Notes under the pieces: model-generated
Database searches by the model: none
Told to the model about the DNA's origin: nothing
The model's input: the letters and a program-made list of their open reading frames with translations, nothing else
Part shown: positions 24,825 through 38,300 of the stretch, piece after piece
Position numbering within the stretch: position 1 is the first letter of the stretch
Layout of the letters: each line of letters begins with the position of its first letter
Source of the DNA: Octopus sinensis
Lineage: Eukaryota
Assembly: GCF_006345805.1 (NCBI RefSeq)
Contig: NC_043006.1
Span: forward strand, 2,976,001 to 3,040,000
Length of the DNA: 64,000 nucleotides
Direction of reading: 5' to 3'
Position numbers and translations under genes: made by a program

Positions 24825-25514
24825 TGTGTCATCTGGAAAATAATACTCAGATATCTGAATCTACTTATTCTGTTATGTTGCTTTCTATTATGAATCTCCA
24901 TTAAGTCCAGCATTCAGCAGAAACCTCTCTCATTCTAACTCTTCTTACCTGTTTCATATTTTGTTTTTACTTTCCTATTTATTTAATTAATTTATTTATT
25001 TATTAATAATTATAACAATTATTAAAATTTTTTTTTTCTTTTCCTAAGACATTTTATCCTTGCCATTATATAATTTATATACTCAGAATAGGGTTTGTGT
25101 GTACATGGTCAGATTCTTGGTGTAGTCTAAACACCTAACTTAAATGACAGGCCCAATTGAGTGTAACAGAACGAACCTTCAGTGATAATTGGTCTTCTTG
25201 TGTGTATAGCAAATGGTATCTTTTCTCTGTTACATTCACTACTGTCAAACATATTGCTTGAGCATCCACAAGTTTATTAGTCTCCAGAGAGATTACTACA
25301 TCAGTGAAGTGTATACGGGGGGGGGGGGATTCATTTCTCACCACCACCACCACCTTACATTTTGCTTGCTAACACCTAAATCAGTTGCTAATTTGATTCA
25401 TACCTTAATTCTCTAACATCTGATATATTTTTATTTTTAAGTTTCTTTTTCAATAAAAAATACACACACATATATATATATATTAGCATTTAATGAGATC
25501 TTTTAATGTGCATG

Positions 25515-25550
<36 letters not shown>

Positions 25551-26412
25551 TGAAATACTTTAATAATGAACCTCCACAGCTCGGTCACACTTTGCTGTTA
25601 CACATTCTGCTACTTGGATTATATGTTGGAGCCTGACCACATTGTAAAGCACTGAATTATAACAATAGAGAGAATATATTTCTTAAACTTCCCATGTTGA
25701 AAACTCTGAAATCTACCACAGCCTGATGACATTGCTCATCTTTCTACCCTGGTAGAATCTCTTTGACATCAGCAGGGTGGAAATTTGCCAAAATTTTCAC
25801 TTTATAATAATATGCTCATAAAAAAGAGAACAAAAAATAAAAAAATAAAGAGCAATATATTTTAAAGAAATATTGAGTATTATTATTATTATTATTATTC
25901 GGAATGATATATGTCAGAATATAACTGGTTTTTTTTTTGGTTTTTTTTAGCCTTACCTCACTTAAGCCTATTCCTTTGACTGCTCATTGCTTCAATTATT
26001 CTTCAACCTACTAATTATTCCAGCTCCTTTTTAAATTCATATATGTCAATCATCTTAACTATTTCAATTTTGATGTAAAACTGTTATTTACCATTTTATG
26101 ATTTCTGTTATTGGCAGCAGTTTTTATCTCTTTCTGCTTCATTTTAAAACTATTTGCTCTTCACTTTCCTTTTCTATTCCAACTTTCTCTGACCTTTCTT
26201 TTATTTTTATAGTTTTCCTTATATATTTTTGGCAACACATTTCTCTTTTCATAGCCACTCCTCTTTGCTAATTCTCTTTTGCACGTCTTTGTTATTGTGA
26301 AAGTTACCTGTCTGTTCACTTGCTCAGTCACAGAGAGACAGACAGACAGACAGAGACAAGCAGCATTAAGACAATTTAAAAAATTCTGTTTGTTTATCTG
26401 CTTGTCATTCTG

Positions 26413-26471
<59 letters not shown>

Positions 26472-26696
26472 CATAACTATCTCTTATTCTTTGGCAAAAA
26501 TTCCAAACCTAAATTCCAAGACCATGCAAATATATGCACTCATACATGTCTATGTATTTGCCTGTGTTGGTTACCTTGTCTAACTCACCTGACTATGAAT
26601 ATAGCAAGTTAAACACTTGGCAATGACCATAGAACTTTTCTTTGAATATCTAATAATCTCAACCGACACCAAGAGCAGGAGTTTTAGGCTTACAGC

Positions 26697-26924
26697 TACT
26701 TTAACAATTAAACCAGTCGTATCTTGGCCCAGATATTCTACCTGTTTTGTGTTCACACCAGCCAGACCCAGTCTTTCATTTCTATCCTACAATGTCATTT
26801 TAAAAATAAGCAGTCACATCATCAAATCTTTCTCAAAGCTACAACATTATGCATGATTAATTAAAAACAGTGTGATTAAACAAGCATTACATTTGATAGA
26901 GTAATCTGAATACTCAAGGGTTAA
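26697..26924. mobile_element. piggyBac-type MITE (one end degraded)
   Basis: Right end ...ctcaaggg|TTAA typical of TTAA-inserting elements; left end decayed. Internal sequence resembles a common octopus MITE as I recall it. Confidence 0.55.
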
Positions 26925-27347
26925 ACTTGCCCTGCTACTTTATTTTCCTATTGGTCACTGTCATCTTTTAGTCTCTACCTTTACCTCTTCAATTCTATCC
27001 AGTCTTTTTCTCTCTTCTAATATTATTCTGTTACTGACTTACTTGGTGCTCTTTACTTAACCATCAACAATTCCTATTTCTCAGAGTTAACAACTGATCT
27101 AAAGATTTCAGATAGACACATCTGAAACCTATTGAAGCATCTAATCACCTTAGCCATCTTCCATGATTGGTCATTTAATAACATAACTTGCTGTTGTTTG
27201 TTTGTGAGTTGACCATTTTTAAGTAATTAACTAACTACCTTCAAAGTAATTATGATGTTAAACATTTTGTTTTTTTTTTCATAATCCCTGAATGAAGCAG
27301 CTGATTTAAAATGCGCATCTTTTCTTCTTTCTATTGCTAATTAACAG

Positions 27348-27513
27348 GTGGTCGAAACATCAATCAGTATGGTCGTGAATTCACTAATGGGCGCCCTCTA
27401 CCTGACCATTTGAGAGTTCAGATTCTGCAGCTTGCTCTTCAAGGTGTCCGTCCATGTGAAATCAGCCGACAACTACAAGTGTCACATGGCTGTGTTAGCA
27501 AAATACTTAACAG
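27348..27513 (+). CDS. Paxbeta: Paired domain exon 1 (PAI subdomain): [55 protein letters not shown]
   Basis: Branch point and acceptor (gctaattaacag|), donor AG|gtaaat. 166 nt, phase 1 to 2, the classic size of this paired-box exon. Translation is an unmistakable paired domain ([25 protein letters not shown]). [14 protein letters not shown] is the signature I recall for Pax-beta. Too short to appear in the ORF track. Confidence 0.97.
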
Positions 27514-29590
27514 GTAAATGCATTGCATACCATTGTAACCTTCTTTCCACAATGACCTTTAACCTATTTTTTCCCTTTTTCTTTGTTCCCACAGCTTGAT
27601 AGCCAGTATTGGAACATTAATACCAATTTGTGAAAAGTCCACAGTGCATGTGCCTTGATTTCTGCAGCCTATCAATGACTCCAGTTACACAGTTTTTAAC
27701 TTGTTACTTTCACTCCTGATTCTGAGATTATTTACATAAGTTTTTCCTTTAATTCCTGTAAAAAAATTGTACCTGCTGGATTAGTCCTTTAGTTGTGTCA
27801 TACTTGATTTAGTTATCAATTGGTGTCTTCTGATTAACAATGAAAGTCAGTGGAATTTCATGGTTGCTTTTCATTTACAGATTCTGTTCCATTTGCCTTA
27901 AAATTAGTGAAATGTTTCAAGCACCAAGCGAGAAAAACTCATCAGTTGAGTTTTATGTTAATGACAGTCTTTCGTGGCTGTTTTAAGGGAATTGATGAAA
28001 TATCACTTTGTATCTCAGTCCCTTTCTCTCTACTTCATGTCTCTATTGATTATCGATCAAGATAGACATTTCCATCCAGTCATACAGCTTATGCTATTCA
28101 ATTTGTTGTACAGTGAGTGAGGTGACAGATGTGGTTAGTCAAACAATGTCTGACCTAGCTCTGGCCTCAAATGAAATATCAATGATAGTCATTGCTACTT
28201 GTTAGTTTAGCACGTTTTTACTGATTTCTCTTCTTCAACTGTCTTTCCAAATGGTTCCTTACAACAACATAGGAAGTCTTTTGGCAATGCTTGAATGCTG
28301 ATTTGTTCAGCAGAACTCAACAAACAAATATGAACCAGGAAGGAACAAAAGTTTGAATTTGTAAACCTTTCAGTTGTTCAAGTGGCAAGTTGCCTGTAAT
28401 TTTTGGTTAGAACTTTACTGAATGTCCGTTTCTTTGACATAACTCTAGTCTGACTAATTTCCTTATCTCGTGTAACTCTAGTGTCAGCCTAGTGCATAGC
28501 ATTTTGTTTTTTTTACTTTCTTCATTTTCTTCCTTTCCCTCCACCCCTTCCCCTTTGACTGACCCCTATCACTTGAGAGAAATCATTACAGTCAGCACTG
28601 ATGCATGGATTAATTACATCTAATGCCAACTGTGCACTAGAATTGCACTGACTAAACTGCCTGGCCGAATCCTTTCAGGTGTAGACGGATTATATATGTT
28701 GTGCTTAGTATTTCTTCCTCTATAATAAGTATATATTAGACTCTGTTATTACAGCTGGCCTTAATCCTGCTTCTTAGGGTTGGCTGACAGTCTGTATTGT
28801 TGATCTGGCTTCATTACCTTATATAGTTGTTATGTTCAGGGGAGTTGCTTTGCTGGACGATATAATTTAGCATTTTAGCTGGTGATTTCTAAACTTACAG
28901 GTCTGTTTTCATTTTATTTTTACTTTTACATTTAATTTCTTTTTTTCTTTCTCCTATTTAGTAGAGAGAGATAAGTGTGTCAGCGGGAATTATTATTTGT
29001 TTATTTAAATTTTTATTTTCAAAACAATATGATTTTTTTTTTTTCTTCTTTAAACATTTCAATTCAAACAGTAGAAAACTAAGTGACACCATTGAAATAT
29101 ATTGTTAAAAAGGATTATTTAAATATTGTCAAAGTATTTTTGCGTTCAAGCATATCATCTTTCTACGGCCTTTTCCCCAGAGACCATTCCTGGTTTTAAT
29201 GGTTCTTAAATAATTTACTGAAATAACTGCTCAGTCTTCTAATTCACTAAAATTTCAGCTAAAATACCAAATTCATTTCTAATAATATAAGTGTGTTGTA
29301 ACAGCTCTGATCACAATCAGTGCACACATAAAGTTGTTCATTTATCACTTTTGCTCTCAGACGGTTAATTGGAAGGCTAAGAATAATTTCTTACATTGGT
29401 TCTAGGCCTCATTGAATTGTATGACATTGCTGCTTTTCTCAAAGCTCTTGTAGTACATATGAAGTGAGATGGCTACAACTGTGAATCAAAACCAGGTTAT
29501 TCTGTTTGTTGGACAGCTCACCTCTACAAGGCTCAGCAATGCAAAGACACAACCAGTCATTTTCTTTTAGTCTTTGAATATTAAAGAAAT

Positions 29591-29790
29591 TATGAGTGGC
29601 GTTTGAAAAGTTCCTGGCTTTAAGGGTATCATGAAAGGCCTGGTTGGAGGTCCAACCTTCTGAGTTCTTTTACAGGGCTTAGGAAAACTGAAGGACCACT
29701 ACTGCAATAAGTGTGTGAATCTGAGAGGGGAATAATTAGCTGACCTTTTGTATTTTCTCTTACCCAAAGCCAGGAACTTTTCAGCTCCAT
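29591..29790 (+). mobile_element. mariner-derived MITE
   Basis: Terminal inverted repeats tgaaaagttcctggcttt..gggta / tacccaaagccaggaacttttca; TA at the left end; internal KLKDHYCNKCVNLRGE resembles a mariner transposase C-terminus. Confidence 0.85.
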
Positions 29791-31749
29791 TGTTTCTTAA
29801 TTCTGAAGAATTTTGCCAGAGAAGTTAAATATTTTGTTGTGGAATATAAACTGAATGTTACCAATAGAACAGTAATATTGTGTTGTTTTATCCATCAGGA
29901 CATTGAGTCAAGCCGAATGAATTTTTTTTTTTTTTTACCTTAAAAGAAAGGATTCCTCTATTTTGTTCCTAAAGTTGTCTTTGAATCATGATTTACTCAA
30001 CCTACTAACTTATATATCATTTCTGCTTCAAAATCATTTTGTACATTGATACTTTATTGTTTGTTGCACTTGTATTTCAACAAGCACAATATTTCAAATG
30101 ATTCTATATCTATGCTTACTGGTTAAAGATCCAGGAGGGTAACAAATCTGAATGCATTCATTTATCAAACCCTTTTGCAATTTATTTAGACTTTTACATT
30201 TAAAAAATCCATCACAGTAAAATATATTGTTTCAAGAATGAAGTGAGAAATATTTACGCTTTATTCTCAGTAGGTTAGGTACTTTGGTACAATAGTCCCC
30301 CCCTGCCCCACCCACTTAATAAATGGCCGTTTCTTTTTTTTTTTTGTTCATCTTTATATTTCAGTGTTTCAAACATTTTGTGATGAGTGATTATTTTAAC
30401 AGTTACCTTCCTTCCCTTGTAACGCTCAATGGAGTTATTTCAAGGAGTCTCAAAACTGCTGATTTTTGGTCACATCTTTTGTCTGTCAGCTACAACCATG
30501 GTGACAGCAAGTATCCAAATTGGATAACCTGTTACCCATTAAGAGCTGCGAGCTACTCATCTCCGTTACCATATGCTGTGATACAATTTCCAGTGACAAC
30601 CTTGCCGCATCAGCTGTAAATCCTTGAGCTGTTGTCCCCAATGCAGAGAAGTGGACAGTGGCTAAGTATGGGACATTGGATCATGCTTAAAACTTTTCTG
30701 GTGTCCTTGGCTCCCAGACTGCTGCTCTTCTCCATCAAATTGAGATGAAGGCATTACAATTAAGGAAAGGAGCTTTGGGGTGGAATGGCTAAGGCAGTGA
30801 ACATGGATGGCTGTTATCATAATGCTTTTCCTGTACTCTCCAAGAGACGTAATTGAGAAAAATTATTCAGAGAAAATTTAGAATTTATTTGTATATTTTA
30901 ATATAGTTTATCATTGCAACAGCAGCAATAAAAAAAGAAGATAATTGAATGACAAAAGAATATAAATATATAAATTCTTTTTAGAATTAAACTCAAAGTG
31001 TATTTATGTCTCTTCAACGTAAAGTGTTAGTGTGTATATGTAAGTGTAGTAGATGGCAGTTGTGGTAGACATAGCTTCTATCTATTACCATCCATACCAT
31101 GTATATCATACCAGAGTGTGTGCCAATACTGATTATGCAGGTGGTAGTAGTTTGGGGGATATAGTTTCATTTTGCATATTGATTTTGGCTGTAGTTTTAT
31201 GGCTCGATATATTTTCTAGTGCCAGCCTATATATATAAATGAACCATGTAAATACAGTCTTTTCCAGTTCAGCTTGTTGCACTATCATTACCTTTGTTCT
31301 GTTAATGTCGGGGCACATGAACTTAGCAGGTTAGGCTTTAGATCAGATAATATAGAATAAAGTGGATTAGTGGGATATACTGTTGCATATACATCTCCAA
31401 GCCTTACCATTATGGGATGAAACCAATGGTACTAGTGACGTGAAGTATGATGGGTTTTTCTGATAAATATAATCATGGAATTTTCTACTGAACACAAAAC
31501 TATTTTGGTAAAGCAGTAGCATCTGAAAGTCTTGGCCACAGTAAATTTTTGGCATTTTGCTATTCTTACAAATACAGAATTTGTTTTAACTGGAATTGAA
31601 CTTGCAATAGAAGTCTGAGCAGATTTATTTGTTTGAAATATGGATTGCTTCTTCTCTTGTATTTACAGTTGTAGACTTGTGTAATTATCTTTCGCACTAC
31701 AATTGTCAATGAAAATTTACAGCTTACAATATTTAAGATGGATTTTTAA

Positions 31750-33680
31750 TGAATACTTAAATTCTAATGGTGCTGAAGAATTAGCAACCTGTCTAATTCA
31801 GTTTAACACAAAACTGTTTATGGATGACAAGCAATAAGCCGGAACTGGTTAAATGAAAATTGCTTACATTATGTGACATGAATCTTATCATCAAAAGATG
31901 TTCTACAACAATTGGAAATTGTTTAGTTGAAATAAATGCTTAAACTTAAAAGATGACCTATCCCAGACTGATGAAATGTTTAAATCTAAAACAAAAGCAT
32001 TGAGAATCAGCTAAGGAACCCCTGCTAAGGTTTACTGCACAGGGCTCTTTATATAAATCTTCTGAAATCAAAGATAGACTTTATTAAACTTGCTCAGACT
32101 AAGGTAAAGATTATCAGATGTCTAAGGAATATGCTCCAAACTGCTAGCTCAGATCTAGTTGTGTTTGTTTGACTGGTACAACCAATGTAAGCATATGCTC
32201 TTGGATCTGTTGTACAGCCAAGTTCTTATATAGAAGTATTTCATCCTATTAGCAAGGACATTCATCAAGTATAAAGTCTACAAGTATAAAGCAACAAGTA
32301 ACTAAGCCAATGCCAGTCAAAAGTTGTTGTAGTTGTTGGCCATCACTTCCCTCTCGGTTCTGTTCTGCACACTGGATGAAATGTCTTAAATTGGACCATT
32401 CCAGCAAATTCTATAGGTCTGTGTTTAACTTTAATATTGGGGGTGGGGGGTCCTACAAAAACAACTTAATGATGAGAAAGTTACAAATGACAGTTTGCAT
32501 CAAATTATTTGTAATTTGAATGAACCACCAAATGAATCGCTGTTGGATACTGACACACTGCACTCCACCATTCCTGCTTCATTGTTAACACAATTATTGA
32601 TGATCAGAACTAGAGTTAACTATAAAAGCTTTTCATGGTTTTGAATATAAAACCTTACCCAGTACTTCAGCTGTATTGTGGTGAAAAGCTCATAACAAGC
32701 TGCTTCAGTGCAGACCTTTTGAAAGGATTTTAATGTTTCTATGTTTTTGAGTGTTTACCATTAATAAAAATAACACTATCATTTTATTACTGGCATGGGT
32801 TGGGCAGTTTGACAGGAGCTGACCACGTTCCAACTGTCTGTCTTGGCATGGTTTCTATGGCTGGATGCCAACCACTTTACAGAGTGTAAAGAGTGCTTTT
32901 TATGTGGCACTGGCCTATTGCATGCTTTTTGCGTGGCACCAGCAGGGAAGCTGTCCATATGGCACTGCTACGGGTGCTTTTTATGTGACATGGAAGTAAC
33001 TAGAATTCTAATTCCATGTCTTTATGAAGCTATCAACACTGCATCACCACCAATTGTCTGGGTGGGAACAGAGTACAAAGTACATTTAAATGACAAAGTT
33101 CAAACTTTTTCTTGCTCGGATCCATTTTGGAACAGTGTTCATTGATAAGTAGCAAGAGTAAGGTACATTTTTCTCCAATTGACTTGAAGCATTAGATTGG
33201 TTTGGATGAAGATGCTAATAGAATGTGTGCAATAAATGCAAGCAATGGTCAATAGTCTTTAGTTGAGTCCCAAAAATAGCTGCTCAAGTTCCTGACAGCA
33301 GATGGAATCTATATTAAAAGAAGTTAGCAGAATAAATATCCATCAAGACAACGTACCCAGTTTTTGCAACAACTCAAAATAATTTGAAGAACCAAGAAAA
33401 TGCTGTTATTGCTAGATTGAAAGGAGTCTCTTTATTGATTAACACAAATAAATGCATTAATCATGCAACTTGTATAGATTTCCAAGAAATGAAATCTTTT
33501 AAAGGATTACATCACATAGTTTAACAAACAAGATTCAATGGATTAGTGTTCCTAAGTCAAAAGAAGAAATTGGAAAGTATTGGGGATTAACAAACTATTA
33601 TCATGGATTCTTGCCCAAACCTACGTGGTTGAATCTCTTTTTACACCAAAGAAAGAATGTCTTGGACAAATAGGAATGTC
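31750..33680 (+). mobile_element. Degraded Ty3/Gypsy LTR retrotransposon remnant (gag-pro-RT), interrupted by a family C copy; boundaries approximate
   Basis: ASPPIVWV (~33040), FSPIDLKH*IGLDEDANRMCAINASNG (~33170-33250) and VPKSKEEIGKYWGLTNYYHGFLPK (33548-33620) follow Gypsy RT order. The upstream gag and protease matches are weak. Confidence 0.55.
32790..32995 (-). mobile_element. Degraded family C copy nested in the Gypsy remnant
   Basis: ctggcatgggttgggcagtttgac...ggctggatgccaaccactttacagagtg...gtgctttttatgtggcac. Confidence 0.7.
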
Positions 33681-33713
33681 TTCTACTTGTAAAATTCTAA
33701 CATTCTCTGTTAT

Positions 33714-33878
33714 TATTTTACAGAAATTGAGTTGATGAGTTCCTAGTCTCTGTATTTTACAGAAATTGAGTTGATGAGTTCCTAGTCTCTGTATTTTACA
33801 GAAATTGAGTTGATGAGTTCCTAGTCTCTGTATTTTACAGAAATTGAGTTGATGAGTTCCTAGTCTCTGTATTTTACA
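33714..33878. repeat. Minisatellite: four perfect copies of a 39-bp unit
   Basis: cagaaattgagttgatgagttcctagtctctgtatttta starts at 33721, 33760, 33799 and 33838. Confidence 0.97.
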
Positions 33879-34375
33879 AGAACTCTGCTGATTCCTTAAT
33901 ATTTTCTGTCAGTATTTCACATAAAGTATATTGAGGGTTTAATTTTCCCTGTTTCTTTATTCAGTCAAATTAAGCCTCCACGCAAAGCTGGTTAGCCATG
34001 GCAGACTGAGGAATAGAGAAAGATAGATAGATAGATATTACTCCTGGTATAAAGAGAAATAGAAGAAGAAGAAGAAGAAGAAGAAGAAAGACAGGAGGGT
34101 TAAAAAGTACAGTTAAAGAAAGATCTTTTTGTAGTCTCCATGAATTGGAAGATCTTCTGCTTGGTAGGTCCTTGAAAATAAATTGCACCTCCAGCTTTGG
34201 TAGCCTAGGTCTCTCTCTCTCTCACTTCTTTCAGACCAATAACCTTTGTTTCTTGAATGAATAATACCAGGATGTTTTTTCAGTGCTTTTCACAAGAGCA
34301 TAAAGGTGATTCCACACAACCTGTTTATGATATAGTTTAAAGCAATGTGGCCTGTTTGAAGTCAATGAAGTTTTT

Positions 34376-34590
34376 GTTAGTATTTCACAGAAACCATGTT
34401 AATAGTTTAACTTACCTGGTTAGTATTTCAAAGAAAGTGTATCAATAGTTTAACTTACTTTGTTAGTATTTTATGGGATTTGTATTGATGGTGTTACCGT
34501 CCTGATTTGTGTTTCATGAGATATGTGTTGATAGCTTAACCTTCTCTGTTAGTATTTCACAGGAACTATTTAGATGTCTAACTCATCCTA
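34376..34590. repeat. Degenerate ~43-bp minisatellite
   Basis: Recurrent gttagtatttcacag(a/g)aa...tagtttaacttac units at about 34377, 34420, 34463 and 34549. Confidence 0.6.
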
Positions 34591-36059
34591 TAACTCTGGT
34601 AATCAGGGATTTTCCCTTGGAATTTATATTCACTGAATATCTTTCTAATGTTTTAATAACTTACTTAACCCGTTGTCCTGTTTCTGTTGAAATACACGGC
34701 CCCTGTTTCAATTGCTTTTGAAAATTAGGGAGAAAACAACTGTTGCCATTAAGCTGGTTTTGGAACCTAAATCACTCTAAGACATGAGATTTTGTATCAT
34801 GGAATTAGGGGCAGTTCCAGGTGGGTTAGAATCAAAAGAGTTATGTAATAAATATCCATAATGAATATGGGGTCAGAGAAATAAATTTGAATTGTACATG
34901 TGTAGAAGATGCAGAAACCCTACCAATGATACTAATTTCCACTGATGGACTGAAGTGAATTTTCAGGATGGAATTTCTCTCGAGATCTCTTTAACATTTA
35001 ATATCTAATCAGAATTATGATAGTTGATGATAGTGTTTCTTATGTGGGTAGAGTTTGCAGATCATGCCATGTTGCATTCTTTTCTTCAGACTGACTACTT
35101 CTACTGTTTCATACCATCCAGGAATCTAAGTATTGAAATGGTTTAGAAATAGAGTCCTCCACTGCCACCATCATCAATCACCATCATCATCATCATCATC
35201 ATCAGTCATTATGATTTTGCATCTGCTTATCCATGCTGTCTTGCATTGGATAGGGTTTCTGAGGTACTACTTTATGGCTCATTGCCTTTCTTGGTGCCAA
35301 TCCTTTCAGCCAATTCTTACAATATGCAAGAATGTGGTGGATTTATTCTAAAACTGACTTACACATAGCATAAAAAAAAAGAGAGTCTAGAATCTTATGA
35401 AAAAATCCCTATGTCTATCTCTTTGGAATGAGCTTCTCAAATCTTTTAAATATTTAAAAGCCAAAGTAACTTTACTATCTAGGATCCAATTAGCATTATA
35501 ATATTTCTCTTTAATGAATTTTAACATTAAATAATAATTATAATTCTTAGTGTGTGTATTTTAAAAATACAAAACAAAAACTGTTCCTGAAAATCCTGCC
35601 AAAATATAAAAACAATAATCTTGTTTTTCTCATGTTTTGTGTTCTTTTATCCTTGGTGTGATGTTTAACATGTCTGTGCGAGTTCTATGACAGACGCTGC
35701 AATTAATCAACCCGGATGCTATGAATGTTCTGTGAAAGGTAATCCTTCACAGTTCCATTATTTCTACACAGATCCTGTTAGTTATCTTTATGATAAGTCT
35801 GTCAGGACTTACAAGACGCAGATAGCGTTAAACTCTGTAAAATTGTGATGTAATCTTTCAGAGGTGTTGCGTACACACACACTTAACTCTCAAATGTGTG
35901 CACCAAAATACTGCACGAATACTATCATTTCACATGTGTGTGTGTGCATCTGTCTGTCTGCCTCTCTGTATGTAGAGGCATATATTGTATATATGTATTT
36001 GTATCTATCTTTGACTAATACTGGAGTGCTGCACTGGGCTCCAACATATATGTGTGTGT

Positions 36060-36400
36060 GTGTGTATGTATGCACAGTTTGCAACAGACCATGCCTTTCT
36101 TTTGTTCGGCTCAAATCTCATTTGCGAACCCATGGAAAACGAACCACCACCAACTATTCTGCCTATATGTGTGTGCACACTTTTCAATGCAATGTATGCC
36201 AGAGAAGGTTTGCAAATCTAACGGAGGCCTCAAAAGACATTTTAAGGTCCCCAAAGACCAGAACTTATCTGCAGCTCTTGGTGGTCCAAATTGGATATGC
36301 AATCTATGTGGGTGTCTTTTCAGAACATTCTCTGGTTTAAAAAGCCTCATCAGATGCCATGATGCTTCTAAGGTGTAGGTACAGGAAGTGGTCAAACTCT
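36060..36400 (+). pseudogene. Three C2H2-like zinc fingers of RTE C-terminal type, frameshifted; probably an RTE 3' remnant
   Basis: CTVCNRPCLSFVRLKSHLRTH, CNVCQRR/VCKSNGGLKRHFKV and CNLCGCLFRTFSGLKSLIRCH across two frames; no TGEKP linkers; no splice or start context. Confidence 0.6.
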
Positions 36401-36438
36401 GCATAAGGAGTTGACAACCACCACCATGTTGACATATG

Positions 36439-36482
<44 letters not shown>

Positions 36483-37584
36483 TGTATGAGATGCTCCAGC
36501 TGTGAGGAAATCATATGATGGACTTGGGACATTAAGTTTGATTGTGTGTGGGATGTGAAGGGACAAGCCTAAAAGAGTAGTTAGGGCCACCTGCTTATCT
36601 ATTTCTATTGAGTTGGGAGTGAAGCATAAAACTGGCAGAGCTCTAAGGAATTAGTTGACTTGGTGGGTGGACACACACACACCATGTAATATGTGGTTGT
36701 ATGTTGGGCCAAAGCAGTGGTTAGAGTTTGGAAGGATTTGCAGCCTTAAAACCATGCCCAAATAGAATTTACAAGCAAAATGGGGTCCCTTGATTCATTA
36801 GGTAGTAACTTAATGATGGTAGATGGTAGTAACTTCAAATAAGAGCTGACTCAGACTATGACAACCTGTTTAGTGTGTGTGTGTGTGCACATACACGCAC
36901 TTTCACACTTTTCACATACGCATATGTATACACAGCTGTTCTCTGTTAGTGAGACCATCCATCATATATTGCGTATCCTTCCCCAGCACTCCATCCCATT
37001 CTATGGTATTTGTTAAAATGCATTTAGGAAATCACTGCCAGTGCACTGTTATCTTTGCAAAAGTCTGGAAACATTCACTGCTATTTATTCTGTGCTAACC
37101 TCTACACCGGTGTGGAGACTTACGAAGAACATTCACTCTAAACTCGGATGTAACTCACATTTGCATAGCAGTACACTAAATATTCCTAAAATAAAGCATC
37201 ATATTCTAAAATGTAGCAAGTGTGTTCCAAATCATAATCTGTGGAATGACGTAGTCAAAGTTTGGGAGTTAATTAAATGATTGATTTCTATTAACTTCAG
37301 GCAGCTGCATTTAGTGACACAATCTTTTAATGTGTCTGAGACATATTTGTTTTTAATTATTAGTCAGAGCAGAGCAGGTAGCACATGTGACTCCTTTGAA
37401 GAGTCATTGATGCTGTGAAGCCCTCCAATCAGTCTTGGGGGGCGGGGTGGGGAATTATCCTCAAACCTGTTCCAAATGCTTGCACCAAATCGACTCCGTT
37501 AAGGCCATCCACTGGCCAGGTGTTGGTGGTGAAGGTGGTGAATGATTAAATCAATCTTCTTAGAACAGGAGCAGTCCTTTCAAC

Positions 37585-37695
37585 AAGCTTCCACACAGTT
37601 TCTCTCTGTTGAATTTCATTCACAGAGCTTTCATTGCTCCTAGGCTATGGTAGAAGACACCTGCTCAAAATGCTGCCCAGTGTGATCAAGCCTGA
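37585..37695 (-). mobile_element. Degraded family B SINE fragment
   Basis: ttcacagagctttcattgctcctaggctatggtagaagacacctgctcaa is the reverse complement of the family B core. Confidence 0.6.
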
Positions 37696-38300
37696 AAAAT
37701 GCAGTTTTTCTGTGTTAGCATTGTATTTTTTTAGACTATTGTTTTTGTAGGTGATTTGCCCTTCAACCAGTCAGTCATTAGGTCGCTGGTCGAACCTGTT
37801 GTCAAGTTTAAAATATTGGGTAAACTAAATCAAATCAATTTTTGTGATTTGGCTGATGCGGTTGTATAGCTTATATTCATGACTCTTTGATCAGTTGTCC
37901 ACTTTCTTAAACTCTTCCATTCTGCTTTGATAAAAAAAATTAATCTTCTGAGGAAAGTGGACAGAACTAGACCTTATGTTTCAAGTTTGTCTTTAAGTGT
38001 AAAACAAATTTACATCTGTCCCATAACTATACTACAACAGCAAACATCCTTAGCCCACCTGTTTTTATGTTCAACCATTGGACAGCATTCAACATAGTCT
38101 GTGCATATTGCAACCATTATACAGATATTTTCTTGAAGTGCCAATTTCAGATGTGACTATCCAGATTCAGGGCTGAAATATCATTGTTTTCTCTTTCCTG
38201 ATACTAATTAGGAATAAACTTTTAAACAAATTATTAGGAAGTATATTACTATTGTATACTTGGAGTTTTCCTATTTTTTTCGGTTTTGTGAAATGTTATT

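Noticed and set aside
25741-25783. Two mutually exclusive short hairpins (11 bp and 7 bp)
   Set aside because: Too short to exceed chance in 64 kb; no miRNA-like stem length.
28599-28617. Pbx-Hox-like TGATGCATGG next to TAATTA in the large intron
   Set aside because: One or more such matches are expected by chance in an AT-rich window; no conservation data.
33721-33876. Regular 39-bp repeats superficially like a CRISPR array
   Set aside because: Head-to-tail with no spacers, no cas genes and a eukaryotic context; a minisatellite.
37437-37452. G6-C-G4-T-G4 possible G-quadruplex
   Set aside because: Only three separated G-runs; G-homopolymers are common in this sequence.
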